Source: a virus. Taken from it: a stretch of DNA of 64,000 nucleotides. Numbering within the stretch: position 1 is the stretch's first letter; each line of letters starts with the position of its first letter. The position numbers and the translations under genes were made by a program. The DNA is taken from the IMG/VR virus record IMGVR_UViG_3300037520_002383, positions 18,925 to 82,924 of that record; one strand, 5' to 3'. The notes below the pieces were generated by a model. The model had not been told where the DNA came from. It did no database searches and was given only the letters and a program-made list of their open reading frames with translations. Below are positions 18,556-27,628 of the stretch, piece by piece.

Positions 18556-18590
18556 TTGACTTTTCTTGTTGACCCCCATACACTCATCAC
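18556..18590 (+). promoter_or_regulatory. early promoter, leaderless
   Basis: TTGACT-17-TACACT-6nt-ATG(18591). Confidence 0.7.
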
Positions 18591-18845
18591 ATGACCAACA
18601 TCATAACACTCGACGCCGACGCCGTTCACATCCTGCACATGATCGCCGGCGGTCTGCGTCATGAAAATACCCTACGCCAATATCTACAGGATGACGCCGA
18701 GGGTCGCGAGATCCTGGCTCGCGACCTCCGCGCCCCCGGACGTCAAATCGATGAACTGCAGCGTCGGGGACTCATTGAAGTTGACGACAATGAGGCAATC
18801 ACGGTTGCGGATATCGTCAAATCTCTTATCATCATCGTTGAATAA
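18591..18845 (+). CDS. possible winged-helix protein
   Basis: IDELQRRGLIEV. Confidence 0.55.
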   Translation: MTNIITLDADAVHILHMIAGGLRHENTLRQYLQDDAEGREILARDLRAPGRQIDELQRRGLIEVDDNEAITVADIVKSLIIIVE

Positions 18846-18867
18846 ACCTAAGCCCCAGGAACCCGCA

Positions 18868-19107
18868 ATGATTGATACCAATGAAATCCAACAGAAAGTG
18901 CAGTCGATCTGCGACGCCCACAGTGGTCCGCATCTGTTCGAGGGCGGCTACGGCCTATCTTGCTTCGTATCGGTGTGCGTTGATGCAGATGGCGAAAAGG
19001 TGACGGTACGCAACGCCGCCTACGGCAATGGCCTGCAGCTGGGCGCAGCCTTTTCTGATGCGATGAAGGCGGCCGGGTTCAACGAGTTCGATGTAGTTTT
19101 GGATTGA
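18868..19107 (+). CDS. hypothetical protein
   Basis: SD AGGA, MIDTNE start. Confidence 0.55.
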   Translation: MIDTNEIQQKVQSICDAHSGPHLFEGGYGLSCFVSVCVDADGEKVTVRNAAYGNGLQLGAAFSDAMKAAGFNEFDVVLD

Positions 19108-19109
19108 GC

Positions 19110-19144
19110 TTGACTTTTGTGGTTTTTTCTCTAGGATGCTTGTC
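19110..19144 (+). promoter_or_regulatory. early promoter, leaderless
   Basis: TTGACT-16-TAGGAT-7nt-ATG(19145). Confidence 0.6.
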
Positions 19145-19846
19145 ATGACCCAAACAATCACTGCCGAAACTCGCCAGAGACTCACCGAAATCGTCAACGC
19201 CGGCCTCGTCAGTGGGCTCGGCGAAGCCAAGGCTGGAAGCCTTTGCATCGAGGCTGCGATCTGCCTCGCCATGGGTGAGCCGCACTCCGATCGCCCATCG
19301 TGCGTTGCGGAGCCGGATAGGGAGTTTGCGATCAGGATCAATGACGCGAAGTGGTCGTCGAAGGAGGCGAGAACGCAAGCACTGCTGCCGCTCGCCCTCG
19401 CTCAGCTAGGCACGGCTGGCAGCGATCGCACGGCTTGGGTGCAGCGAGTAGCCGAGGGGACGATCCGCCGAATCCTGCCGATTGCGCTGCGCGCTGCGGC
19501 AAGCATGCATCCCCACGAGCGACACCGTGCAGCACTGGAGGATGCCGCGCTGCGATGCGAGCAAGAGGGCACGAGGACCGCCGCCGCCTCCGCCGCCTCC
19601 GCCACCTACGCCGCCGCCTCCGCCGCCTCCTACGCCGCCCGCGCCGACGCCGCCTACGCCGCCGCCGCCCGCGCCGCCGCCTACGCCGCCTACGCCTACG
19701 CCGACGCCTACGCCGACGCCTACGCCGACGCCGCCGCCGACGCCGCCGACGCCGCCGCCGCCGCCTACGCCTCCTACGCCGCCGACGACGTACTGCGACT
19801 TGCGGTGCAGATCGCGCTCGATGCCTATGCGGCTGAGGTGGAGTGA
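19145..19846 (+). CDS. protein with Ala/Tyr/Asp low-complexity tract
   Basis: LCIEAAI...HSDRPSCV...INDA N-domain plus 71 NNC codons. Confidence 0.75.
   Translation: MTQTITAETRQRLTEIVNAGLVSGLGEAKAGSLCIEAAICLAMGEPHSDRPSCVAEPDREFAIRINDAKWSSKEARTQALLPLALAQLGTAGSDRTAWVQRVAEGTIRRILPIALRAAASMHPHERHRAALEDAALRCEQEGTRTAAASAASATYAAASAASYAARADAAYAAAARAAAYAAYAYADAYADAYADAAADAADAAAAAYASYAADDVLRLAVQIALDAYAAEVE
19577..19789 (+). repeat. degenerate (GCC)n coding microsatellite
   Basis: 71 consecutive codons ending in C (GCC/TAC/GAC/TCC/CGC/ACC). Confidence 0.9.
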
Positions 19847-20127
19847 TGGCTAAAAGGTCACCCGTCGACAAAGATACATGGATCGAGTACGCGAGAGGCG
19901 GGCATTGTGGCCTGTGCGGAAACAGCGGCCTCATCAGCATGAGTGGCTTGACGACCCCTGCCGGTACATTATTGGCGGCGCTTGAGAAGGTTCCCTGCAT
20001 CTGTCCGAACGGCAGGACCATCAAGTACGCAAGGGACAAGGCGGCGCCGCCGGCTTCAGCGACTTCGACATCACCCTTGACTGAGGGCTTGACGGCGGCG
20101 GCGGAAGGCTGTAGGCTGGGGGCATGA
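19846..20127 (+). CDS. zinc-finger hypothetical protein
   Basis: CGLCGNSG...CICPNG. Confidence 0.6.
   Translation: MAKRSPVDKDTWIEYARGGHCGLCGNSGLISMSGLTTPAGTLLAALEKVPCICPNGRTIKYARDKAAPPASATSTSPLTEGLTAAAEGCRLGA
20089..20123 (+). promoter_or_regulatory. early promoter, leaderless
   Basis: TTGACG-17-TAGGCT-6nt-ATG(20124). Confidence 0.75.
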
Positions 20128-20273
20128 ACCGCAACAGCACCTCCCCAAACTTCTTCACCATCGCCTTCCTCGCCGCCCGCAGCCTCATCAGGCACCCGCG
20201 GTCGCAGTTCGCCGCCAACTGGCGCCGCGACCTCGCCTACGGCCTTGAAGGCTTCGACTGCCTGAAGGCGTAG
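20124..20273 (+). CDS. 49-aa protein (not in ORF track)
   Basis: MNRNSTSPNFFTIAFLAARSLIRHPRSQFAANWRRDLAYGLEGFDCLKA, strong GC3 bias. Confidence 0.65.
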   Translation: MNRNSTSPNFFTIAFLAARSLIRHPRSQFAANWRRDLAYGLEGFDCLKA

Positions 20274-20385
20274 CCACGTCCCGGCTATCTGGCGACAATC
20301 ATCGCCACTCAAGCCGGTGTCTGGCGACAATAACCCGCACCATAGCCGGGGGCCGAGGCCTCCGGCGCCTCTTTTGGAGACCAAG

Positions 20386-20640
20386 ATGACTGCCAGAGAA
20401 CGCCTGCGACTGAAGGGGCCGGGGATTGCCCTGAGCCTCCGCGTGCCCGAAAACACCGTCCCCAGCTACGACCACGCCCTTGTCTCGACCCTCGACGGCC
20501 GCGCCGAGGCCCGCTACTACATGGCCATCGATGAGGGCCTGCTGGTGGCCGGCGGCGCCGAAGTCGATCTGACGCCGCGGCAGCTTTTGTGGCTGCTGGC
20601 TCAGGGGCGGGTGCTGGATAACGCCATTGAAAGTGCTTGA
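20386..20640 (+). CDS. hypothetical protein
   Basis: SD GGAG; stop lies in TTGACG. Confidence 0.6.
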   Translation: MTARERLRLKGPGIALSLRVPENTVPSYDHALVSTLDGRAEARYYMAIDEGLLVAGGAEVDLTPRQLLWLLAQGRVLDNAIESA

Positions 20641-20665
20641 CGGCTTGCGACGTAGCTGGTAGGCT
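20637..20665 (+). promoter_or_regulatory. early promoter (leadered)
   Basis: TTGACG-17-TAGGCT, SD AGGAG before 20688. Confidence 0.7.
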
Positions 20666-20687
20666 GCGACGCCATAGGAGTAGGCAT

Positions 20688-21245
20688 ATGCAAATCAACG
20701 AAGTCGTCGGTGACAAAAACACACGCACCTTCAGTATCGTCATCCGGCCCCAAGTGGGGGAGCGCCAGCGCCTACGCCACATCCGACTCAGCGAATCACT
20801 AGCCGACGACGACAGCCGCTGGGTCGTTTCCCGTTTCTGCAATGCACAGGATGCCGCATTCCGATGGCATACCCATGGCCTTGAACAGACGTCTTTCAAC
20901 AATGAAGAGGAGGCGATGGCGCTGTTCCAGTCTCTGGTGGCTGAGGCACAGGGCGGCAGCCAGCCGCGACTGGAGGTCATGCGCCGCCCCGTGGGAGTCG
21001 CCGATGATCGCGACATTGCCGCCTACATCCGCTGCCACCTGCAGCTGCTGGCGATGCGCGAAACCAAGCACTACCGCTGCCTCACCGTCACCGACGCCGT
21101 CTACCGGCGCCTTGATCGGCAGCCGCTGACGGAGACCGACATCAGGGTGCTGCGGGGCCTGCGATGGGGCCAAATCCACAACGTAGGCGTCGCCGCCGAC
21201 GGCCTGAAGGCCAACGTCCACAGCCAGTGCGACTCCGGCGACTGA
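20688..21245 (+). CDS. hypothetical protein
   Basis: promoter + SD. Confidence 0.65.
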   Translation: MQINEVVGDKNTRTFSIVIRPQVGERQRLRHIRLSESLADDDSRWVVSRFCNAQDAAFRWHTHGLEQTSFNNEEEAMALFQSLVAEAQGGSQPRLEVMRRPVGVADDRDIAAYIRCHLQLLAMRETKHYRCLTVTDAVYRRLDRQPLTETDIRVLRGLRWGQIHNVGVAADGLKANVHSQCDSGD

Positions 21246-21258
21246 TGCAGAACGATAC

Positions 21259-21293
21259 TTGACAACCGGCGACTCAGCCCATAGACTTTGGTC
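21259..21293 (+). promoter_or_regulatory. early promoter, leaderless
   Basis: TTGACA-17-TAGACT-6nt-ATG(21294). Confidence 0.75.
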
Positions 21294-21524
21294 ATGAACA
21301 AAAACATCGTCCTCGCCATCGGCACCAAGATCCACTACACGGGCGACATCGCCAATGACGCCGGTGAAGGCGAGATCACGGCCATTCACGCCAGCAAGTG
21401 GTATGGTCATGTCTTTGACGTAACACTCAATGACGGCCGGGTCTGTGCGGGTCTCACCGCCGGTTCCTTTGGGCCGCTGCGCCCCGGCAACTGCAGCGAC
21501 CGCTTTCAGGTTATTGATACTTGA
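21294..21524 (+). CDS. small SH3/KOW-like hypothetical protein
   Basis: IGTKIHYTGD.AN..GEGEITAI. Confidence 0.65.
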   Translation: MNKNIVLAIGTKIHYTGDIANDAGEGEITAIHASKWYGHVFDVTLNDGRVCAGLTAGSFGPLRPGNCSDRFQVIDT

Positions 21525-21569
21525 CATCCAGCTCGTATTCACTATACATCAAGCAAGAGGAGCAAACAC

Positions 21570-21929
21570 ATGAAGACGACCATCAAGATGACCATCGGCC
21601 TTAGCGAAGTTGCCAGCCAGCGCCTCAGTGGAAGGCGCTTCAGCATGAGCACGCCCTCAGGCGACGATGCCGTCCGCGAGGCCCTGAAGCGGGTCTTGGC
21701 TGAAGGCGCTATGGTGACCATCGGCGCCAGCGGCTTCCACAGCGGTAACCTCGCCGAGGCCATGGCCAGTGGCGTCTGCGGGGTCGTGGAGCCTATTCAC
21801 TCCGAGGTCTGGGATACGGACGTGCGTGACGGCATTCGCGGCTTCATCGAGGGGCTGCTGGATGGCCGCATGGAGAAGCCGCTGGGTGACAACCAGTGCC
21901 TGCAGCCGGGGCAGGCGGTCGTCATCTGA
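21570..21929 (+). CDS. hypothetical protein
   Basis: SD GAGGAG, TTGACA at 21521. Confidence 0.65.
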   Translation: MKTTIKMTIGLSEVASQRLSGRRFSMSTPSGDDAVREALKRVLAEGAMVTIGASGFHSGNLAEAMASGVCGVVEPIHSEVWDTDVRDGIRGFIEGLLDGRMEKPLGDNQCLQPGQAVVI

Positions 21930-21971
21930 ACCCAGGGGGAATCTGTATGGGGAGCGCGCCGGGAGGTATTC

Positions 21972-22130
21972 ATGTTCCCCATCATTCCCCTTATCTTCGC
22001 CCTCCTCTTCAGCAGCCCCGTGGAAAGCGTCGCCTTTGCCCTCGCTGACTGCAAGATCCTGGTGACGCCCATCGAGGGGCCCATGGCTACGCCCAGGCCC
22101 GCGTCGGCCGTCAAATGGGTCTGTGACTAA
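21972..22130 (+). CDS. 52-aa secreted peptide (not in ORF track)
   Basis: SD GGGAGG; MFPIIPLIFALLFSSPVESVAFA signal peptide, two Cys. Confidence 0.55.
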   Translation: MFPIIPLIFALLFSSPVESVAFALADCKILVTPIEGPMATPRPASAVKWVCD

Positions 22131-22221
22131 TGCGCCGCCGTTTCGTCTGCGCCCTTCAGCCCCCCACAATAAACCACTTGACGGCCGCCGCCAATGCCCA
22201 AAAGACGACGATGCCGCGGCT

Positions 22222-22782
22222 CTAGTCGCTGGCCATCAGGCTCTCGATTTCCGGCGGCACCTTCCCCAGCTGCTGCATGGTGATAAGGCGCCGGGGACCG
22301 ACGATACCCGAGCCGATGATGTCGGGCCAACGACCAAGGCGTCGTGCCATCTCGTATTTCCAGAGGTAGGCGTTGGCGCGGCTAATGTAGAGGTCGGCGT
22401 CTCCTAGGCCCAGGGCCTTCACTAGCCTCAAACCGCTGCGTTCGGCATCCAGTTCACAGCGCTGAATGTAGCGGACGGCCGTCAGCAGTCGCCGAGCCGA
22501 TACCCTCAGGCCCCCTAGCCAGCCCTGAAAGGTATCCCAATGCTGGCTATCGCAGAAGTCACCGCGCAGGGTCTGTTCAACGTGTCCAATCTCATGCGCC
22601 AGTATCTGGGCCCAATCGCGGTGGTCCATGGCCACGCGCAGCGTCATCTCCGCCTCATCCCACTCTCCGAGGTTGCTGCCCTCGTCGTCAACATAGTCAT
22701 CGGGCACCAGCTGTAGGCTGGCGCCCAGTGGCTGCAGGCGACTTAGGGCGTGCTCGATCAGCTGGCTCTCGGCTGGCGTCAT
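22222..22782 (-). CDS. zincin-like metallopeptidase (ImmA/IrrE-like)
   Basis: ILAHEIGHVEQ...CELDAE; SD GGAGG. Confidence 0.7.
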   Translation of the reverse strand: MTPAESQLIEHALSRLQPLGASLQLVPDDYVDDEGSNLGEWDEAEMTLRVAMDHRDWAQILAHEIGHVEQTLRGDFCDSQHWDTFQGWLGGLRVSARRLLTAVRYIQRCELDAERSGLRLVKALGLGDADLYISRANAYLWKYEMARRLGRWPDIIGSGIVGPRRLITMQQLGKVPPEIESLMASD

Positions 22783-22906
22783 CGGGGCCTCCGGGGCACA
22801 CCACTAAGGTACGGTGGCCCCTTCGGCTGCGAAATCTTCCGCAGACCAGTTCCCCAAACGGCTTCCTGAAGCCATTGCTTTGTCGTCAACTTTAGCGGCG
22901 GCGCCG

Positions 22907-23707
22907 TCAGTCAATAGAGTATTGGATGATGGCATCAATCGTCGAGTTGATGATCCAGATTCTTCGCCCGTCTGGACGCACAAAGACGTTGTTGTTGTTG
23001 GAGCCGATGGCAAGCTTTCGGTCATCATATGCCTGATTGCCGCCGCTGGTAAAGACATAGGGCGTAGACAAATAGAGCGAAGCCAGGCTACCAACGGTGG
23101 TATAAAATAGTCTCCGCCCTTCATCGGCCACAAACTGGCCACCCATATTGTATCCGGATATAGAAGTCCCCGCAGAGGCAGAGGATAAGTCAAAGGGGCG
23201 GCTCATGACGACGGTGCGCAGCAGGTTGCTGCCATTCGCCGCCACAGTCATCAGCCTTCCGTCTTCATGCAGCCAAAGACCGCCGTTATTGGAGCCCGTG
23301 CTGTAGATGTTAGTGGGCGTAGCGGTGAGGGTCGTGACATCCCAGCGCGTCGTCAGGAGATGCTGAGTGACGTAGCCGCCGGTGGAAAACGACAAAAAGG
23401 CCCATGTGCCGGTGGGATCGAAGGCCACACTGCGGGCGCTACCGTAGCCGGTGATGACGGGCGAAGAAGCGCCGATGGAACCCGTCGATAGATCCCAGGG
23501 CGTGGTGCAGGTAACCGTCCAGACCCTATTGCTGGCGGCGCCGGTATAGTAGAGACGCAGGCCATCAGCACGCCACCACAAACCCGTCGGATTTGTTTCT
23601 TGGCCCGCCGGTGAGACATCGAAGAAGGTTGCAGCGGCGGTGTATCGCGAGGGATACCAGATGCCGGCGGGGGTAGCTGCGTATGCGGCAGAGAGTTGTT
23701 GCGGCAT
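22907..23707 (-). CDS. beta-propeller virion/tail protein
   Basis: repeated GL.W..DG.RLY / TPWDLST blades. Confidence 0.6.
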   Translation of the reverse strand: MPQQLSAAYAATPAGIWYPSRYTAAATFFDVSPAGQETNPTGLWWRADGLRLYYTGAASNRVWTVTCTTPWDLSTGSIGASSPVITGYGSARSVAFDPTGTWAFLSFSTGGYVTQHLLTTRWDVTTLTATPTNIYSTGSNNGGLWLHEDGRLMTVAANGSNLLRTVVMSRPFDLSSASAGTSISGYNMGGQFVADEGRRLFYTTVGSLASLYLSTPYVFTSGGNQAYDDRKLAIGSNNNNVFVRPDGRRIWIINSTIDAIIQYSID

Positions 23708-23724
23708 TGTCGTATCCTAATCCC

Positions 23725-26265
23725 CTACTTGGTGTTGACTTCAGATATCGGCCTGCCCTTTTGCAGGGGGCCCGACATCACCTGCACCACATACTGGTTG
23801 CCGGGCTGAAACTCGCCAGTGGCCATAGGCACGTTCTGCATGAACTTCTCTAGGCCCTTCTCAAAGCCGCCTTCTTTTTGGACTTGCCGATAAAGTTCCC
23901 TGATGTCTTCTTCGCCGCCCTTGCCCAGGAACCGGAGGATGGCCTTGGCCTGATTACCGACTAGTGACTCGGCGAAGTCGCCGTATTGCATCTTCTTGAT
24001 TTCTTCCGGATTCAGCTCCCTGGCCTTTGTAAAGACGCCGGCTTTGTTGAACTCCAGCATCGCCACCATCTGCCGAGAGACGTCCATCGAGTAGCCGGTG
24101 TTGGCAGTAATCGCCGCCGCCTTCTGCTCCAGGGACATCTGGCCGCCACCGCGGGCATAGGTGCTGAGGATGCCGCCGGCGGTATTTTGGAGCGTCTCCA
24201 TGCGCTGCTGGCTGGTAACGCCGGCTGCCGTCAGGAACTCATTGCCACCCAAGAGATCTGACATAGACGACATCTGCAGGGCGCGGGCCGCCAAGCCACT
24301 GCCTCCGGGCCCCAGGGCCTTCATCGCCGAGGCCGTTTGCAGCATATTGATGTAGGGGTTCTGTTGCGTCAGCTGATTGAGAGCACCCTGGGCCTGCGCG
24401 GCATTCTGGACATCGCGCATCGTCGCCTCTCGGCCCAAGGCATTGAAGCCGAGGCCCGAGGTGTAGGCTTCCAGGCGCTGACCGAAGCCGCCGACGGCAC
24501 CGCCGACGCCAAAGGCGCTTTCGTTCATGCCCTTGGCAATGGCTTCGCTAAATAGCGCCAGGGTCTTTTCGCTCTGAAAGCCCTTCTCCGTGCCACGGGC
24601 GAAGACCTCCATCAGCTGACGATAGGCGACCGAGGGCGCTGTTTCGCCTTTTTGAATGCCACCCGACATGATAGCGGCTTCACCTAAGCCCGTCAATGAG
24701 CCAATGGCTGCACTCTGGCTGAAGCCCATGCGCATGAGTCGATTGGCGTAATCCATGTAGCCGGATTGAGCCTTTTGGGTCTGGACTCTCTCCATTTCCA
24801 CCGGCTTCTTTGGAAAGGTGGTGCTGAACATCTCCGTCGCCTTTTCGGGACTGAAGATCGATGCTCCGGCGCCAGCCGCAATGGCCTGACCAAAGGCCTG
24901 CATTTGCATGACATCGTATCCGGAGTAGCCACCGGTGCCGGGCTTAGCGCGTTGTCCGAACTTAGCTCCGACGCCAAACGTCGCTTCCAGGTTACCGGTG
25001 GCTCTGAGGATCGATTCCGCCTGCGATACGGATTGACCGAAGTCAAGGCCATAGCCGGCGCCGATGCCCATGGCTCGAAATGCGCGACCCTGCAGAGCCT
25101 TTGCGCCGTGAATGCGTGTGCCGGCATGGGCCATGAGGCTCTGCATGGCCATGGTGCGGCCGGGACTGAACTGATTCTCCAACTGCAGTGCGGCTTCAAT
25201 CTGTGCCGCTTTCGCCGCGTCGATTGTACCCGCATCAACTGCGCCATATAGAGCATCGGCGCCATTTATGGCACCGGGTACCGCACCAACCACGCCGCCG
25301 ACGACGGCCCCCGGTACACCGCCGACGGCGCCGCCCACAGCGGCTCCCGTGACCGCGCCCTGCAGGGTCTGACCGGCGGCGCTCAATACCCTCTGCCCCG
25401 TCTGCAGGCCCGCTGGTACCCCCGTGCCGTAGCGGCCGAGAATGCGTTGGGCATTAGGCGTATACAGCTGCAGGAGGCCGCTGTAGTCGCCTTGCGCCAT
25501 TTGGCCCAGGATGCGGTTGCCCGTCATCATGGTCGTGGCTGTGCTGATATCGGCTCCGCGCATAACCGTCGTGGCTAGCCCCGCGCCGGCACCCGCGATG
25601 CGACTCAGGCCCTGAGCAACGCCGGCGGCAATCATCGCTACATCAGCGGCGTTTGGACCACCAAGTCGGCGCTCAGTGCGCTCCAAGTCAGCAATAGTCG
25701 CGCGCTGCTGTCCGGCCTCACCCAGGCGCTGGGTCAGCTGACCGAGGGTGCGTGCCTCGTATCTGCTCGCCAAATCCGCACGAGCACTTGCCTCGGGGTC
25801 ACCGCCGACGGCCGCGGCACGAAGCCTTGCTGCTTCGCGTGCCATATTATTATATCTTTTAGCTAGATCATCAATATCCTTGCCTGCATTACTCAGTTCC
25901 CGGCGCTGGTCCGCCAGGGCCATTTTGGTCACATTGACCATGGCCTTCATGGCATCTTTGGATCCCGAAGAGATGGCGGTTAGTGCCATCTGTTGACTGC
26001 GCAGGTTCTGAATGATGCCACCGCCGAGACCGGCGGCCGCACCTAAACCCGCTGCGGGAGCCGATGGGCGTCCGAAGCCGCCACCGCCACCGCCCATTGA
26101 ACCCGGAAAGAAAACTTGATTGCCGCCGACGCCCGACATCTGCTGTAGGGCCCGCGCCAGCTCTTTGACCTTGGGAATCAGGGACGAAAATGCGCCATCG
26201 ACTTGACGAAATGATGCCTGGTCAAGCCCCGCGCTAAATCGTATTTCCTTGTTTCCGTTGGCCAT
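23725..26265 (-). CDS. tape measure protein
   Basis: long Ala/Gly/Gln-rich helical protein downstream of tube/chaperones; start MANGNK. Confidence 0.7.
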   Translation of the reverse strand: MANGNKEIRFSAGLDQASFRQVDGAFSSLIPKVKELARALQQMSGVGGNQVFFPGSMGGGGGGFGRPSAPAAGLGAAAGLGGGIIQNLRSQQMALTAISSGSKDAMKAMVNVTKMALADQRRELSNAGKDIDDLAKRYNNMAREAARLRAAAVGGDPEASARADLASRYEARTLGQLTQRLGEAGQQRATIADLERTERRLGGPNAADVAMIAAGVAQGLSRIAGAGAGLATTVMRGADISTATTMMTGNRILGQMAQGDYSGLLQLYTPNAQRILGRYGTGVPAGLQTGQRVLSAAGQTLQGAVTGAAVGGAVGGVPGAVVGGVVGAVPGAINGADALYGAVDAGTIDAAKAAQIEAALQLENQFSPGRTMAMQSLMAHAGTRIHGAKALQGRAFRAMGIGAGYGLDFGQSVSQAESILRATGNLEATFGVGAKFGQRAKPGTGGYSGYDVMQMQAFGQAIAAGAGASIFSPEKATEMFSTTFPKKPVEMERVQTQKAQSGYMDYANRLMRMGFSQSAAIGSLTGLGEAAIMSGGIQKGETAPSVAYRQLMEVFARGTEKGFQSEKTLALFSEAIAKGMNESAFGVGGAVGGFGQRLEAYTSGLGFNALGREATMRDVQNAAQAQGALNQLTQQNPYINMLQTASAMKALGPGGSGLAARALQMSSMSDLLGGNEFLTAAGVTSQQRMETLQNTAGGILSTYARGGGQMSLEQKAAAITANTGYSMDVSRQMVAMLEFNKAGVFTKARELNPEEIKKMQYGDFAESLVGNQAKAILRFLGKGGEEDIRELYRQVQKEGGFEKGLEKFMQNVPMATGEFQPGNQYVVQVMSGPLQKGRPISEVNTK

Positions 26266-26376
26266 CGCCTTTTCTTTCCCCTTCGTGATTCTCAAAGAAT
26301 CATGGGCAGAGGCTCCGATTGACAACCTAGTCAACGCAGGAGCCTAGAGGCGCCAGCAAGCACCTCCGGCAGGCGG

Positions 26377-26382
26377 AAGATT
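26377..26382 (-). promoter_or_regulatory. putative late promoter AATCTT
   Basis: upstream of tape measure gene. Confidence 0.5.
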
Positions 26383-26386
26383 GGCA

Positions 26387-26422
26387 TTGACCACTGTCCC
26401 CTTGCCTGATAGCCTTAGTCGC
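26387..26422 (+). promoter_or_regulatory. early promoter, leaderless
   Basis: TTGACC-17-TAGCCT-7nt-ATG(26423). Confidence 0.65.
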
Positions 26423-26746
26423 ATGTCGATGCCAAGTATCCTAGCCACCAAGTACCTGACGGCTTTTGACGTCATTACCCTCATGTCCCTGCCCTCGGGG
26501 CGCGATCTTATCGGCCTACAAACCGACTACGGTTTTGACACAGCCTATGGCTTCATGTTGTATTCCGTTGCCGGCATCAGGTTATATTGGGTGTCGGGTG
26601 CGGCAACGGATGCGTTTGTGGTTGTACGTCACCACCTGGGCGTCGACGTACAGCTAGCCACGGCATCGACGGCCGCAGATGCCGCAGATGCCTTCAATGT
26701 CGCCGTACAGGCGGCGAGTAGTGCCACGGCCGCCTACGACTTCTGA
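26423..26746 (+). CDS. hypothetical protein
   Basis: promoter-defined start. Confidence 0.6.
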   Translation: MSMPSILATKYLTAFDVITLMSLPSGRDLIGLQTDYGFDTAYGFMLYSVAGIRLYWVSGAATDAFVVVRHHLGVDVQLATASTAADAADAFNVAVQAASSATAAYDF

Positions 26747-26755
26747 TAGGGGAGA

Positions 26756-27070
26756 GTGAGATCCATGAAGACCAGCGATGAACCATTTGTCATCTTTTTG
26801 CCCCGCTACGGCTTTGCCATTAGTAAGCGGCGGAAGTTCGTGTACACAACCGATGTCAGTGAAGCCAGTATGTGGATCGATGCGCGGCTAGCGACTTTGG
26901 CTCTCGGCGACATCCGCCCCGAGGCCACTGACGAGCGGCGGGCGGTGGCTGAGGCGCGGGTGCTGCCTCTCTCCCAGGCCGTGGCGGCCTACGGCGAGTG
27001 GCGGCGACAGCTGGAGCTGATGCGCCGCGGCGCCCCGATTTCCTACCGCGACCGTGTCGAGGGCAGTTGA
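26756..27070 (+). CDS. hypothetical protein
   Basis: SD GGGGAG. Confidence 0.55.
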   Translation: MRSMKTSDEPFVIFLPRYGFAISKRRKFVYTTDVSEASMWIDARLATLALGDIRPEATDERRAVAEARVLPLSQAVAAYGEWRRQLELMRRGAPISYRDRVEGS

Positions 27071-27074
27071 CAGG

Positions 27075-27617
27075 CTAGCCCTCGTCCCACTTCTTCATCA
27101 GATCCTCGATCTCCTTTGGATCGTTGACGAAGTTGACGGTGAAGCCCTCGATGGGTTTGTTGCTGGATGGCGGTAGGTCGCCAGCCTGAGGCGGAGGCTT
27201 GACAGCGGGTTTGGCGACCGGCGTTTCTTCTTTCTTCGCCAGCCGCTCCTTTTCCTGCTGCTCAACGCGCCTCAACCAAGCCTCATCGGCATCGGCATCG
27301 GCTGCATTCTTCATCTCACGCAGTGCGCGCTCTTCTTCGGTCTCCACGAGACGCTTGATGACGTGCTCGCGTTCATCCGCCTCCATGTCCTCGTATTGAC
27401 TCTCCCAGTAGTGAGTCAATACGTCTTCAAGAGGCAGTTCATACACCTCATGTAGCGGCGTAGCGAAGTTTTTGCTATACCATCTAAATATGCGCCGTAG
27501 GTGATAATCGCCGTCGATGTCCAGTTTGCCATCAAACTCTGGCTGCGAAGCGGCGACGGCGCGCATGGCCGACACCTGCAGGCCGCGAAACCAGCCGATG
27601 TCGCTTCGCCGCTTCAT
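27075..27617 (-). CDS. tail assembly chaperone-like protein 2
   Basis: RRIFRWYSKNFATPLHEV; lies between chaperone 1 and tape measure. Confidence 0.5.
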   Translation of the reverse strand: MKRRSDIGWFRGLQVSAMRAVAASQPEFDGKLDIDGDYHLRRIFRWYSKNFATPLHEVYELPLEDVLTHYWESQYEDMEADEREHVIKRLVETEEERALREMKNAADADADEAWLRRVEQQEKERLAKKEETPVAKPAVKPPPQAGDLPPSSNKPIEGFTVNFVNDPKEIEDLMKKWDEG

Positions 27618-27628
27618 AACATGCGCCT

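Noticed and set aside
19577-19789. Diversity-generating retroelement VR/TR pair with the 63878-63928 copy
   Set aside because: NNC codons are VR-like, but neither copy is an AAC-rich template, the differences are mainly in length rather than adenine-specific, and no reverse transcriptase is in the window
19338-20456. Poly-Arg and poly-Pro ORFs in alternative frames
   Set aside because: Shadow frames of the GCC tract
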